Assembly (NCBI GenBank): GCA_964565765.1 | Contig: CAZMGF010000007.1 | Coordinates: 3,222 to 67,221 of the forward strand | Direction of reading: 5' to 3' | From: an uncultured Spirochaetia bacterium | Lineage (GTDB): Bacteria > Oederibacteriota > PGYV01 > Palsa-1178 | Length of the DNA: 64,000 bases | In this document: piece after piece, positions 1 through 8,327 of the stretch | Numbering within the stretch: the stretch's first letter is position 1 | Layout: each line of letters opens with the position of its first letter | The notes under the pieces: generated by a model | Databases searched by the model: none | The model's input: only the letters and a program-made list of their open reading frames with translations | What the model was told of the DNA's origin: nothing | Translations under genes and position numbers: made by a program

Positions 1-2399
1 AGCTGGTCGTAAGTATTGGCGGCGGCAGTATCTGTTATTGTGGTAAGGCCGTAAGCGATGGTCGCCGGAGCCTGGATCGAACCGTGCAGCCAGAGGGTCT
101 TGTTTACAGAAGTATTAGCCGGGGTTAAGGTGTCTTCCTTTGCCGATGCCACAGCTCCGGTAACGCTGCCGGTTAAAGTTACAATAACTCCATTATCCTG
201 GGAGCCAATTGCGGTTGCAGGGACTATCTGCCTGAATGTTATTGGATATGACGCGCCGTTGTTCACGGTAATAGCAGGCTTTCCATTTACAAGGTATGCG
301 GGATTTATATAATCCCATACTGAATCGCCGTTAGTATCGGACGCAATCGTCACACCGTCGGCCGTATTAATTATGTATGTGGGCCAGCCGTAGTTTGTGG
401 AGCCGGCCGCAAGTGAAATATAAAAAATATCGCTTGTGCCGGTATTGGTGGCCGTCAGATTGATATTCCCCGTGGAATTTATATTTACCGTCTGACTCGT
501 CTGCGGGGCCAGCGTTATTCCGCCAATATTAACCGTTATGGTCTGCTGGTTATTAGCCGGATTCGAGTCTGTGACACCCATGTCGTTTGTAAGGTCCGTA
601 TAAACATTTATCGTATAGGTGCCGGCCGCGAGCGCGCCTATGTTCCACTGGCATCCCGTAACAACGCTTTCCGCGCCGGGAATTGATAAATTAACAGGGG
701 TCATTGTGGTGGTATAAGAATATGCGGCAGGCCCGGTTATTTTCACATGCACCGGAAGCGCGGTCCAGTCGCGCAGCCCGTAATCCACGGCTGTCGCGGT
801 TATCATTATATATCCCTGTGATGTCTGGAAAGTCGCGCCGTTGGCAGGCGCTGATATGGCGGATATGCCGACATCATGCAGCTGGGTGAGGCCGTAGTTT
901 ATTTCGCTTTGCATGTCCACCTGCCCCTGGGCGTTCTGCGTATTGCCGAATCCCCAGATCATTTCCTGAACCTTTTGCTGCCCCTGTGTCATCGCTCCCA
1001 GGTTGTACTCCAGCGCGCCGGAAGCGTCCCCGCTATATGTCGCCGCATTATTAAGGGCAGCGTTCTGTACATCAACCCACATCTGGTTCCATACATTTAC
1101 ATCATGGGCAATGCTTTGCGAAGGGCTTGCAAATCCCATGTAGGCTATCGGATTACCCGCCGGTTTATAACCGTAAAAAGTATCATTAACCGGATCATAT
1201 GAGCAGCTGTCCCCGTTCGGGTCGCCGTCAAAATCAAAATCCGAGCAGTTAAAAAAGTCAATGTTTGAAGCGGTGAGCCCCTGCGTCCCGGCGTTTGTTA
1301 TATAAAAAATTGTGGCGAACCATTTCATATTGCCGCGTATTATTGTCTTTTTGGTTATTGTAAAAGGTATTTCCGGGGTGGTCTGCGTCGTATCAAAAAC
1401 CGTTGTAATGGTCGCCTCTGTCTGGCCCCAGGGCGTGGTGTTCATGTGGTTGTAATTCTGGCTCACATGTGTAAATGCCCTGCCGCGCACGCCAGGGTAT
1501 GAGTTCTCTGTCGCCCCGGTATTTCCATATTGATAATTAAGCCCGTTTGATGAACTCGTGTACCTTAACGCCATTTTGTTGCCCGCGTCATTCGAAACGT
1601 TCCTTCCAATTCCGTTGTCGCCGCTCCTGCCAAGGTGGTCAATGGCCGTGTAATTCTCCAGATTTGTCTGCCCCATATAAGGATACATTATGCACGATAT
1701 CTGCCCGCAGCCGCCGCCCGCGGCGCTCGCCTCTTCAATGAGCATGGAAAAACTCGGCGATGCCGGGTATAAAACCACGGAATATCCGTTTATCGGGTCA
1801 TCATAAAAGTAAAGTGTGTCGCCGTCCCTGTAAAACCTGCTTTGCATAATATAATTTCCCGTGCCGTCCGGCAGCAGGTCGTTCGTAATTTCAACTCCGT
1901 CATCCCTTACAATTTTTTCAACTATTGATGTGTGCGGCACATCCAGCTTAAACCTGTACCACTGGCCGTCGGCCTTGTCGGAGAGTTCCAGCCTGTAAAC
2001 ATTTTCCTTTAATTTACGCGTGTTGAGCCTGGATTTTTTCAGGGCGGCCCTGTCTATATTCTTGTGGAGCTTCGCCGAGAGCGCGTCCACGTCGCCGTCG
2101 GAAAGTGAATACTCTGTCAAATCCGTCATCCCGTCTTTTGAAACGTGGATGCGTTTACTTTTAAAACGCGAAACATCAATGCCGGACTTTTTAATATTTC
2201 CGGACATGGCGGAATAAACGAATTTGCCTTCGGCAGGATCGTAGGCTATTATGTCCTCGCCTTTAATCCTCTCCGAAGGAATATCCGGGACTGCGCCCAG
2301 CTTTGACGGCAGAAATAACGCCGCGGTTAAAACGGCAAAAACCGCCCGCAAAACAACGCTTCTGGCTCCTTTTTTCAATCCGTAATTAAATATTCCCAT
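1..2399 (-). CDS. Large secreted beta-rich protein with a CARDB-like domain; 3'-truncated by the window edge (>799 aa)
   Basis: Absent from the ORF track. Manual translation from ATG at 2399 (SD GGGAG upstream) stays open to base 1. Signal peptide MGIFNYGLKKGARSVVLRAVFAVLTAALFLPSKLGA; CARDB-like segment HDVGISAISAP...DSNPANNQQTITVNI. Confidence 0.85.
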   Translation of the reverse strand, partial: MGIFNYGLKKGARSVVLRAVFAVLTAALFLPSKLGAVPDIPSERIKGEDIIAYDPAEGKFVYSAMSGNIKKSGIDVSRFKSKRIHVSKDGMTDLTEYSLSDGDVDALSAKLHKNIDRAALKKSRLNTRKLKENVYRLELSDKADGQWYRFKLDVPHTSIVEKIVRDDGVEITNDLLPDGTGNYIMQSRFYRDGDTLYFYDDPINGYSVVLYPASPSFSMLIEEASAAGGGCGQISCIMYPYMGQTNLENYTAIDHLGRSGDNGIGRNVSNDAGNKMALRYTSSSNGLNYQYGNTGATENSYPGVRGRAFTHVSQNYNHMNTTPWGQTEATITTVFDTTQTTPEIPFTITKKTIIRGNMKWFATIFYITNAGTQGLTASNIDFFNCSDFDFDGDPNGDSCSYDPVNDTFYGYKPAGNPIAYMGFASPSQSIAHDVNVWNQMWVDVQNAALNNAATYSGDASGALEYNLGAMTQGQQKVQEMIWGFGNTQNAQGQVDMQSEINYGLTQLHDVGISAISAPANGATFQTSQGYIMITATAVDYGLRDWTALPVHVKITGPAAYSYTTTMTPVNLSIPGAESVVTGCQWNIGALAAGTYTINVYTDLTNDMGVTDSNPANNQQTITVNIGGITLAPQTSQTVNINSTGNINLTATNTGTSDIFYISLAAGSTNYGWPTYIINTADGVTIASDTNGDSVWDYINPAYLVNGKPAITVNNGASYPITFRQIVPATAIGSQDNGVIVTLTGSVTGAVASAKEDTLTPANTSVNKTLWLHGSIQAPATIAYGLTTITDTAAANTYDQ

Positions 2400-2477
2400 G
2401 TTCTCCCTTTGGTTCAAAGCTCCCGTACAAATTATCCCGTAAACCGGCTTTTGCCGCCGTGTTATAAATCACAATAT

Positions 2478-2768
2478 TTAACCGTGCCTTTTGTGTGTGT
2501 TTATAAAATCAATTGCCTTTAAAACTTCCCTCGTTACATCCGCGTTGAACTGGTCCTCCATTTCCTTTAACTTCGTGAATATATGCCCCCTGTCGGAGAC
2601 AACATACTGCGGCGGAAGGTGGTTTATCGCAAGGGCGTAAACATCCAGCCTGCATAGCCCGCATTTGCATATATCCTGCCTTATTTCATACTGTTCATCC
2701 ATATTTCTTTTGACTATATCTTCCATATAATTTTTTACTATAATGTCTTTAACTTCCTTCGAATGCAT
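2478..2768 (-). CDS. comFB: Late competence development ComFB family protein (putative c-di-NMP receptor)
   Basis: Family motifs KNYMEDIV, CKCGLCRLDVYALAINHLPPQYVVS and a C-terminal helix ending HKRHG. Confidence 0.9.
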   Translation of the reverse strand: MHSKEVKDIIVKNYMEDIVKRNMDEQYEIRQDICKCGLCRLDVYALAINHLPPQYVVSDRGHIFTKLKEMEDQFNADVTREVLKAIDFINTHKRHG

Positions 2769-2798
2769 CAGTGCCTCCGCCTTATTTATTGTTATTTT

Positions 2799-3074
2799 TC
2801 ATATCCTGCCGATTATTTCCCTGATTCCCTTTAAAGGCACTCCCTTGCCTGAAAACTCCTTGATTTTCCTGCAAAGTTCAATGTGAGCAACGGTATAAAC
2901 GCGCCTGGATCCTACCCTTAGCGGGACAACCACCCTTTTCCTCTCCCAGTTCCTGAGCGTCTGCTGGTGGACGTCAAGCATCATGGCTACTTCATTGATG
3001 CCGAATAATGTTTTTCCGTCTGCGGGCGGTTTTACCCGTGTTTTTTCAAGCAAAGCCGATTCTTCTTTTGTCAT
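2799..3074 (-). CDS. Short MerR-family HTH transcriptional regulator
   Basis: GINEVAMMLDVHQQTLRNWERKRVVVPLRVGSRRVYT is a MerR HTH; no effector-binding domain. Confidence 0.88.
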   Translation of the reverse strand: MTKEESALLEKTRVKPPADGKTLFGINEVAMMLDVHQQTLRNWERKRVVVPLRVGSRRVYTVAHIELCRKIKEFSGKGVPLKGIREIIGRI

Positions 3075-3159
3075 AATAAACCTCCGTTAATAAAAAAAAT
3101 AAAATTTTAAGCATGCGTATATCACACACTCTTTAGTTATTCCCATAACAATTAATATA

Positions 3160-3189
3160 ATTATACCCAGTTGACAACAGTATTGTCAA
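3160..3189 (-). promoter_or_regulatory. Sigma70 promoter of merR with an overlapping palindromic operator
   Basis: Minus strand reads TTGACA-N18-TATAAT. Palindrome TTGACAA-N5-TTGTCAA at 3171-3189 covers the -35 and spacer. Confidence 0.75.
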
Positions 3190-3447
3190 GCACGTAAAAT
3201 AGTTTAATACATTTTTAACACAAAATCCTTTATTTTAAAGCAAAAAATCACTATATATTGTATTGCACGGGATTTATGTATACAAGAAATTGTGGTTTCA
3301 CATTACGGCAAAATACTTGTCTTATATTTCATTTTTCACTCCTTTTTACGCTCCTGCCTGCCCGATAAAACTCGATATTAATTCTATGAATACGCAAATT
3401 AATTTCCATCAGCTTATTTTTCAGGTTTTCTTAGGTTAACATCCCCC

Positions 3448-3476
3448 TTGACATTCATCATTTATTGGAATATGCT
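3448..3476 (+). promoter_or_regulatory. Sigma70 promoter for the 3604 gene
   Basis: TTGACA-N17-TATGCT, about 130 bp upstream of ATG 3604. Confidence 0.6.
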
Positions 3477-3603
3477 TTAAACACGATAAAATTTAATCTT
3501 TGTTTTATCAATACCGATAATAATATGAATAATAAAAACGATATCAGGCGGTTTTCGCTTTTAGATTATTCATTTGCGTCGCCCGCCGGATCAAGGAGTA
3601 TTC

Positions 3604-5952
3604 ATGAAAAATTTTAGAAATTTCTTCCTATTAATACTGCTTGTTATTTTTCCAATTAATATTTTTTCAGCCGTTACAGCCGTAACGGTTGCGCGCGTCG
3701 GAACTGACGGAGAATATCTCGAGGCAGGGACAACAAACAACCTTGTTTATCACATGTCCATCTCCACCGACGTGTCCGGTGATACGCTTTCAAATGTTTC
3801 CATCGCAAACATACTTGATTCATGGTTTGAAGGGCCTGCAACCGAACCTGCTTCAATACAGTCAGGAACGGTGAAATTATGGTATTCAGCCGATAATAAT
3901 TTTTCCGACGCGGCGCTTGAAGGCGTTTTTACCGTATCAGGCGGCAGCGTATGGAACAGCGCCCCCAATCTTTACGTTGGCAACAATTCCGGTGTCTTTG
4001 TGACCGTTGACATTTCATCCTCACCGACAGGCGGCACCATTGAAATGCAGTGCAACGGCCTTGTCTGGTCGTCGGGCCTCTCAACGCCGGCCGTGGATCC
4101 CGTCAACATGCCGTCACTGCCGGCAGTGCTTCAGATTGTCCAGAATCTGCCGGCCACTTCACTTCAGATTTCACACACAAACGGAACAATGCAGCCATAT
4201 TCATCCACCGGCCAGCAAAATCTTATTCCCATGCAGCTTTCATTTTTCAACAACTCCGGGGCCAATGCGGCGCCTATTCTGGTCACTGCCATTACACTTA
4301 CCGTCCAGACAAACTCACCTTACGGGACCATCCTTGACCCGGCTGATATAATTTCGAACATACGCGTGCAGGACTCTTCAAACGGAACAATTTACGGTTC
4401 CAACTCGGGTTCGGCCATACCGGATGCGGCCACGGCCGTAATAATACCCATATCGTCCCTTAATGTGCCTTCCGGGAGTTCGGTCACCACAACAGTTTAT
4501 ATCGCCATAACACCTTCGGCAATATCCGCCGGTGATAATTTTGTCCTTTCGCTCATTTCAGGGAATGCCGTCACGGCAATCGATTATTATACACAGGCTC
4601 CGGTAACCGTATCGGCATCACCGGCAGACGCGACGGGTTTTATAATGAACTCTAACTACACGACCATAGAACCCGCCGCTGTTTCCATAACTGCTGGCGC
4701 ATTAAGCGTAATCGCACCCAACATCAACAAGGGGCAGAAGAACGTCCCTCTCTTTGACGTCTGTTTTTCCAGCACGGTTGCGGCAAATTACGCGGCCGCC
4801 GAGGTCAACAGCATCAAGGTCACCCTGGCCGATATAAATATGAACCCGATTATTCCCTCCGGGCTCCTTTCAAAAATATATGTGACCAGCCAGGACGGCA
4901 CCATTATTTACGGTTCCAAAGATTCCACCACCCTGGAAACCTCCGGAGGCTTTACCACCATTCCGCTCATAAACACGGTCGTTGTTCCGGCCGGCTCATC
5001 CGTCACAGTTGTTGTAAGGGCCGACATAAGCCTTACAACCGTTTCAAATAATTTCAAGGCCGGAATAGCCTCTACCTCGGATATCCTGGCAAGGGACAAA
5101 AACTCCTTTTCAAGCGTTACTGTATTCTCGGCTGTTGCTTTTCCTTTCTACTCTAACACAGCGCTTTTATCCAGTTCATTTACCGTGGCGCATATACCTT
5201 ATATGCCAAAAAATCTTTATAAAGGGGATACGGGCGTAAAAATAATGGACATTAACCTTACGTCGCCGCTTTCCTTCGGATCCGGAAATATACTTGTAAC
5301 GGGCATTACCCTGACGGCATCCGACGGCAGTTCCGCGTCCGAGAATTTTTCTTCCGCCGTATCCGAGGTGCGCCTTACCGCGCCCGGCCAGGATATTACC
5401 ATAACAGCGCCGTCATCCGGAAAGCTTTACGCCGCGTTCCCGCTGACGGTTACCGTTCCTGCAACCATCTCAGTTTATATTTTCCCGCGGCCTGACGCGA
5501 CCGCGAAATCCATCCAGGTTTCTCTTGCCTCAGCTTCAGACATGGGGCTTTTACAGGACAGCGACCCGACAAGGCTCATTTCGGTCACGACCGCATCCGG
5601 AGATTCTTTCCCGATGTCGTCCGGTACGGGCTATATAACCGGCGACGCCTCGGCCCTGACGCTTACCAATTATCCAAATCCGTTTTACGCCGGCTCAACC
5701 ACAAAGTTCGCCTATTATCTGGGCGCGGCCTCAAACGTCACAATTAAAATATTTGACATAACCGGAAGGCTGATACGCTCCATCTGCGACAACTCTCCGA
5801 AATCGCAGGGATCCCATGAGGAAGATTTCTGGGACGGGACAGACACCGCGGGGCGCTGGTGCCTTGCGGGCACTTATATAGTAAGGTCGCAGTTCAAATC
5901 CGCGTCGGGCCAGACACAGGCCCTGACACGTAAAATAACTTTTGTAAAGTGA
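3604..5952 (+). CDS. Secreted repeat protein with a C-terminal FlgD-Ig/T9SS-like sorting domain
   Basis: Start preferred at MKNFRNFF (SD AAGGAG) followed by a signal peptide. Three imperfect beta-sandwich repeats. CTD: NYPNPF...IFDITGRLIR...WDGTDTAG...GTYIV...KITFVK. Confidence 0.85.
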   Translation: MKNFRNFFLLILLVIFPINIFSAVTAVTVARVGTDGEYLEAGTTNNLVYHMSISTDVSGDTLSNVSIANILDSWFEGPATEPASIQSGTVKLWYSADNNFSDAALEGVFTVSGGSVWNSAPNLYVGNNSGVFVTVDISSSPTGGTIEMQCNGLVWSSGLSTPAVDPVNMPSLPAVLQIVQNLPATSLQISHTNGTMQPYSSTGQQNLIPMQLSFFNNSGANAAPILVTAITLTVQTNSPYGTILDPADIISNIRVQDSSNGTIYGSNSGSAIPDAATAVIIPISSLNVPSGSSVTTTVYIAITPSAISAGDNFVLSLISGNAVTAIDYYTQAPVTVSASPADATGFIMNSNYTTIEPAAVSITAGALSVIAPNINKGQKNVPLFDVCFSSTVAANYAAAEVNSIKVTLADINMNPIIPSGLLSKIYVTSQDGTIIYGSKDSTTLETSGGFTTIPLINTVVVPAGSSVTVVVRADISLTTVSNNFKAGIASTSDILARDKNSFSSVTVFSAVAFPFYSNTALLSSSFTVAHIPYMPKNLYKGDTGVKIMDINLTSPLSFGSGNILVTGITLTASDGSSASENFSSAVSEVRLTAPGQDITITAPSSGKLYAAFPLTVTVPATISVYIFPRPDATAKSIQVSLASASDMGLLQDSDPTRLISVTTASGDSFPMSSGTGYITGDASALTLTNYPNPFYAGSTTKFAYYLGAASNVTIKIFDITGRLIRSICDNSPKSQGSHEEDFWDGTDTAGRWCLAGTYIVRSQFKSASGQTQALTRKITFVK

Positions 5953-5963
5953 CGGTGGCACAA

Positions 5964-7655
5964 ATGAAAAAAACACTATCAGCGCTCTCAATTGCCTTTG
6001 CCATATTATTTCCCGCCGCAGCCGCCGCCAATAACCTTTATTTCTTTTCGGACTGCGATATTAAAAACTCAGGCATGTCAGGCTCATACGCGCCTTTTAC
6101 TTCGGGCTCATTTTCACCTTTTACCAACCCCGCGGGGCTCGGCTCAGCCGAAACCCAGGAGCTGGGGCTGATGTATTACAACCTCTTTGAGGGAGCGGTT
6201 GTTGACTGCGTCACTTATGCATATCCTATTATAGACAAAGGCACTCTGTCAGTTTCGGGTATCATGCTGGATAACGGCTCTATTGAACAGCGCGACGCCA
6301 ACAATGTGCTCACCGGCACATTCACCGACACATACAAGGCCCTGTACCTTTCATACGGCATCAATATCCTGCAGCTTATGGATGTCGGCGTGAACGCCCG
6401 GTATATAAACCATGATTTTTACAACATATCAGTTTCCGGCTTCGGCATTGACGCCGGCACAATAGTCTTTCTTCCTTACGGCACAAAGCTTTCCCTGTAC
6501 GCAGGAGATCTTTTGCAGCCTGAATTCCGCTATTCTTCCACAGCCGACGCCCTCCCCCTTTATTATGACGCCACGCTCGGCTGGGAGCAGGAAGTGCTGT
6601 CACAAATTTCCGGAATATTGCGCGTCGCCGCGGGATTTTCAGGCGAAGAATATGACAGCACGGTTAACCTTCACTGCGGCGCTGAATTTTCAGCCTACAA
6701 ATTTGCTTCGGTGCGCCTGGGTGTGTCCGGCACCGGCTTTACCTGCGGCGCCTCGCTGAAATATTCCGGGGCCGAGTTCAATTACGCCCTCGTGCAGTCC
6801 AGCCTTGATCTGGTGCACAGGTTTTCAATCACATATGACTTTGGTGAAAATGTAAGATCCATAGAAAAACAGCTTTCCACAAAAGAAGCAAAGGCAAAGT
6901 TTGAACTTATAGAAAAGATAAAAACAGAAACTGTTTCCAAATACGAGGAAGAAGTTGAAGATTTTATAAAATCAGGGGATTACAGCAACGCCCTCATTTC
7001 CATACAGAAGGCCCTTGTGTGGGCTCCGGCCGACAAATGGTTCACGGAAAAAGAGGGTGAAGTACAGGCCCTGATGAATACGGAAAAAGTCAGGAATTAT
7101 ATCGATGATGCCGACAGCCTGGTCCGTCAGGACCTGTACATTGACGCGCTGGTAAGCTTAAAGAACGCCCTTGATATCGACCCGAAGAATGAAATAGCGT
7201 CCGCCAAAATGGCGCGGGCGCAGGAGCTTATAAAGACTCTCGGGGAAAAGAACCTTTCTGTGGAGGAAGGCAATAAGACCGCTATAAAAGAACACTTCGA
7301 GAGCGGCCTTAACGATTATACCGCCGGAAATTATGAAAAAGCCGTGGAAGAATGGGACAAGGTTATCAAAGCCTCGCCGCTGCAAAGACAGGTTTACAAT
7401 TATATACAGAGGGCGCAGGAAAAGATAAAGGTAAAAGAAGACGCGGCCGTGGCTAAAAAATCCGACGCCGAGAAAAAGCTTGCGTCGCTTTACAGCGACG
7501 CGGTCCTGCTTTATACAAAGGGTGAATTTGAGAAATCCATAGGCCTGTGGCGCGAATACTTAAAGCTCGACCCGGACAACAGGGACGCGAAAGAATATGT
7601 CGAGAAGATAACAAAGGAGTTCCTGGAGCTGCAGAAGCAGAAGCTGGAGTGGTAA
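5964..7655 (+). CDS. PorV/UPF0164-like outer-membrane beta-barrel with C-terminal TPRs
   Basis: Signal peptide MKKTLSALS; degenerate plug motif SGMSGSYAP...FTNPAGLG; barrel ends HRFSITYDFG; then coiled coil and several TPRs. Confidence 0.8.
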   Translation: MKKTLSALSIAFAILFPAAAAANNLYFFSDCDIKNSGMSGSYAPFTSGSFSPFTNPAGLGSAETQELGLMYYNLFEGAVVDCVTYAYPIIDKGTLSVSGIMLDNGSIEQRDANNVLTGTFTDTYKALYLSYGINILQLMDVGVNARYINHDFYNISVSGFGIDAGTIVFLPYGTKLSLYAGDLLQPEFRYSSTADALPLYYDATLGWEQEVLSQISGILRVAAGFSGEEYDSTVNLHCGAEFSAYKFASVRLGVSGTGFTCGASLKYSGAEFNYALVQSSLDLVHRFSITYDFGENVRSIEKQLSTKEAKAKFELIEKIKTETVSKYEEEVEDFIKSGDYSNALISIQKALVWAPADKWFTEKEGEVQALMNTEKVRNYIDDADSLVRQDLYIDALVSLKNALDIDPKNEIASAKMARAQELIKTLGEKNLSVEEGNKTAIKEHFESGLNDYTAGNYEKAVEEWDKVIKASPLQRQVYNYIQRAQEKIKVKEDAAVAKKSDAEKKLASLYSDAVLLYTKGEFEKSIGLWREYLKLDPDNRDAKEYVEKITKEFLELQKQKLEW

Positions 7656-8327
7656 TTACAGCTGCTTCTTTTTCCCGAAGAATTCGGCTCCCCATATATA
7701 TGCCTGCCTGACTATATGCCAGCACCCTGTGCCGGTGTCCTTCAGGAATTCCAGGTAATTAACTTTCTGTGAAACTATCGCCAGTATCAGGGCAATCACC
7801 ATTATATTCATAAAAAAAACAAAAAGCAGCGAAAAAAATATATTTGATTCCTCATACAAATCGCTCTGCTTGGTTGTTAGGGAAAAAAGCGTCAGCGCTA
7901 TATGGAAAGAAAGCGCAGCTCCCACAAAAAAAGCCACATATACACGGTATTCATCCCTGGCGATAAAATAAATAAAAGCTGCCGCGAAGGCGTAAAGCGG
8001 GAAAAAATAGGGGGCAAGCGATACCAGAAAATTTGACTTTGAAACCAGCACCTTGCCGCCGCCCGTGGTCACGTGCAGGGCCTTTGTTTTGCCGCCGAAG
8101 AGCGCGGACCAGAGCATATGGGTAAGTTCATGGGCCATTACATGCGCGAAAACCGGTTTATAAAACAGGAAATGGACGATTATATAAGCTATAAAGCCGC
8201 AGAGAAACGATATCTCCTCATGGGTTGTCACTGAAAGGCCCCGGACAAGCTGCACTATGGCAATCGCCGCGGATATGGAAAGCAGCCCGAGCACAAAAGT
8301 CAGTATAAAAAAAATTGTTTTTTTCAT
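7656..8327 (-). CDS. M50/M50B-like membrane zinc metallopeptidase
   Basis: Multi-TM protein with HELTH (HExxH) and a downstream SLAPYFFP motif. Confidence 0.7.
   Translation of the reverse strand: MKKTIFFILTFVLGLLSISAAIAIVQLVRGLSVTTHEEISFLCGFIAYIIVHFLFYKPVFAHVMAHELTHMLWSALFGGKTKALHVTTGGGKVLVSKSNFLVSLAPYFFPLYAFAAAFIYFIARDEYRVYVAFFVGAALSFHIALTLFSLTTKQSDLYEESNIFFSLLFVFFMNIMVIALILAIVSQKVNYLEFLKDTGTGCWHIVRQAYIWGAEFFGKKKQL

Noticed and set aside
58-2217. Short + strand ORFs in the first 2.3 kb
   Set aside because: All lie antisense to the continuous minus-strand ORF 2399->1.
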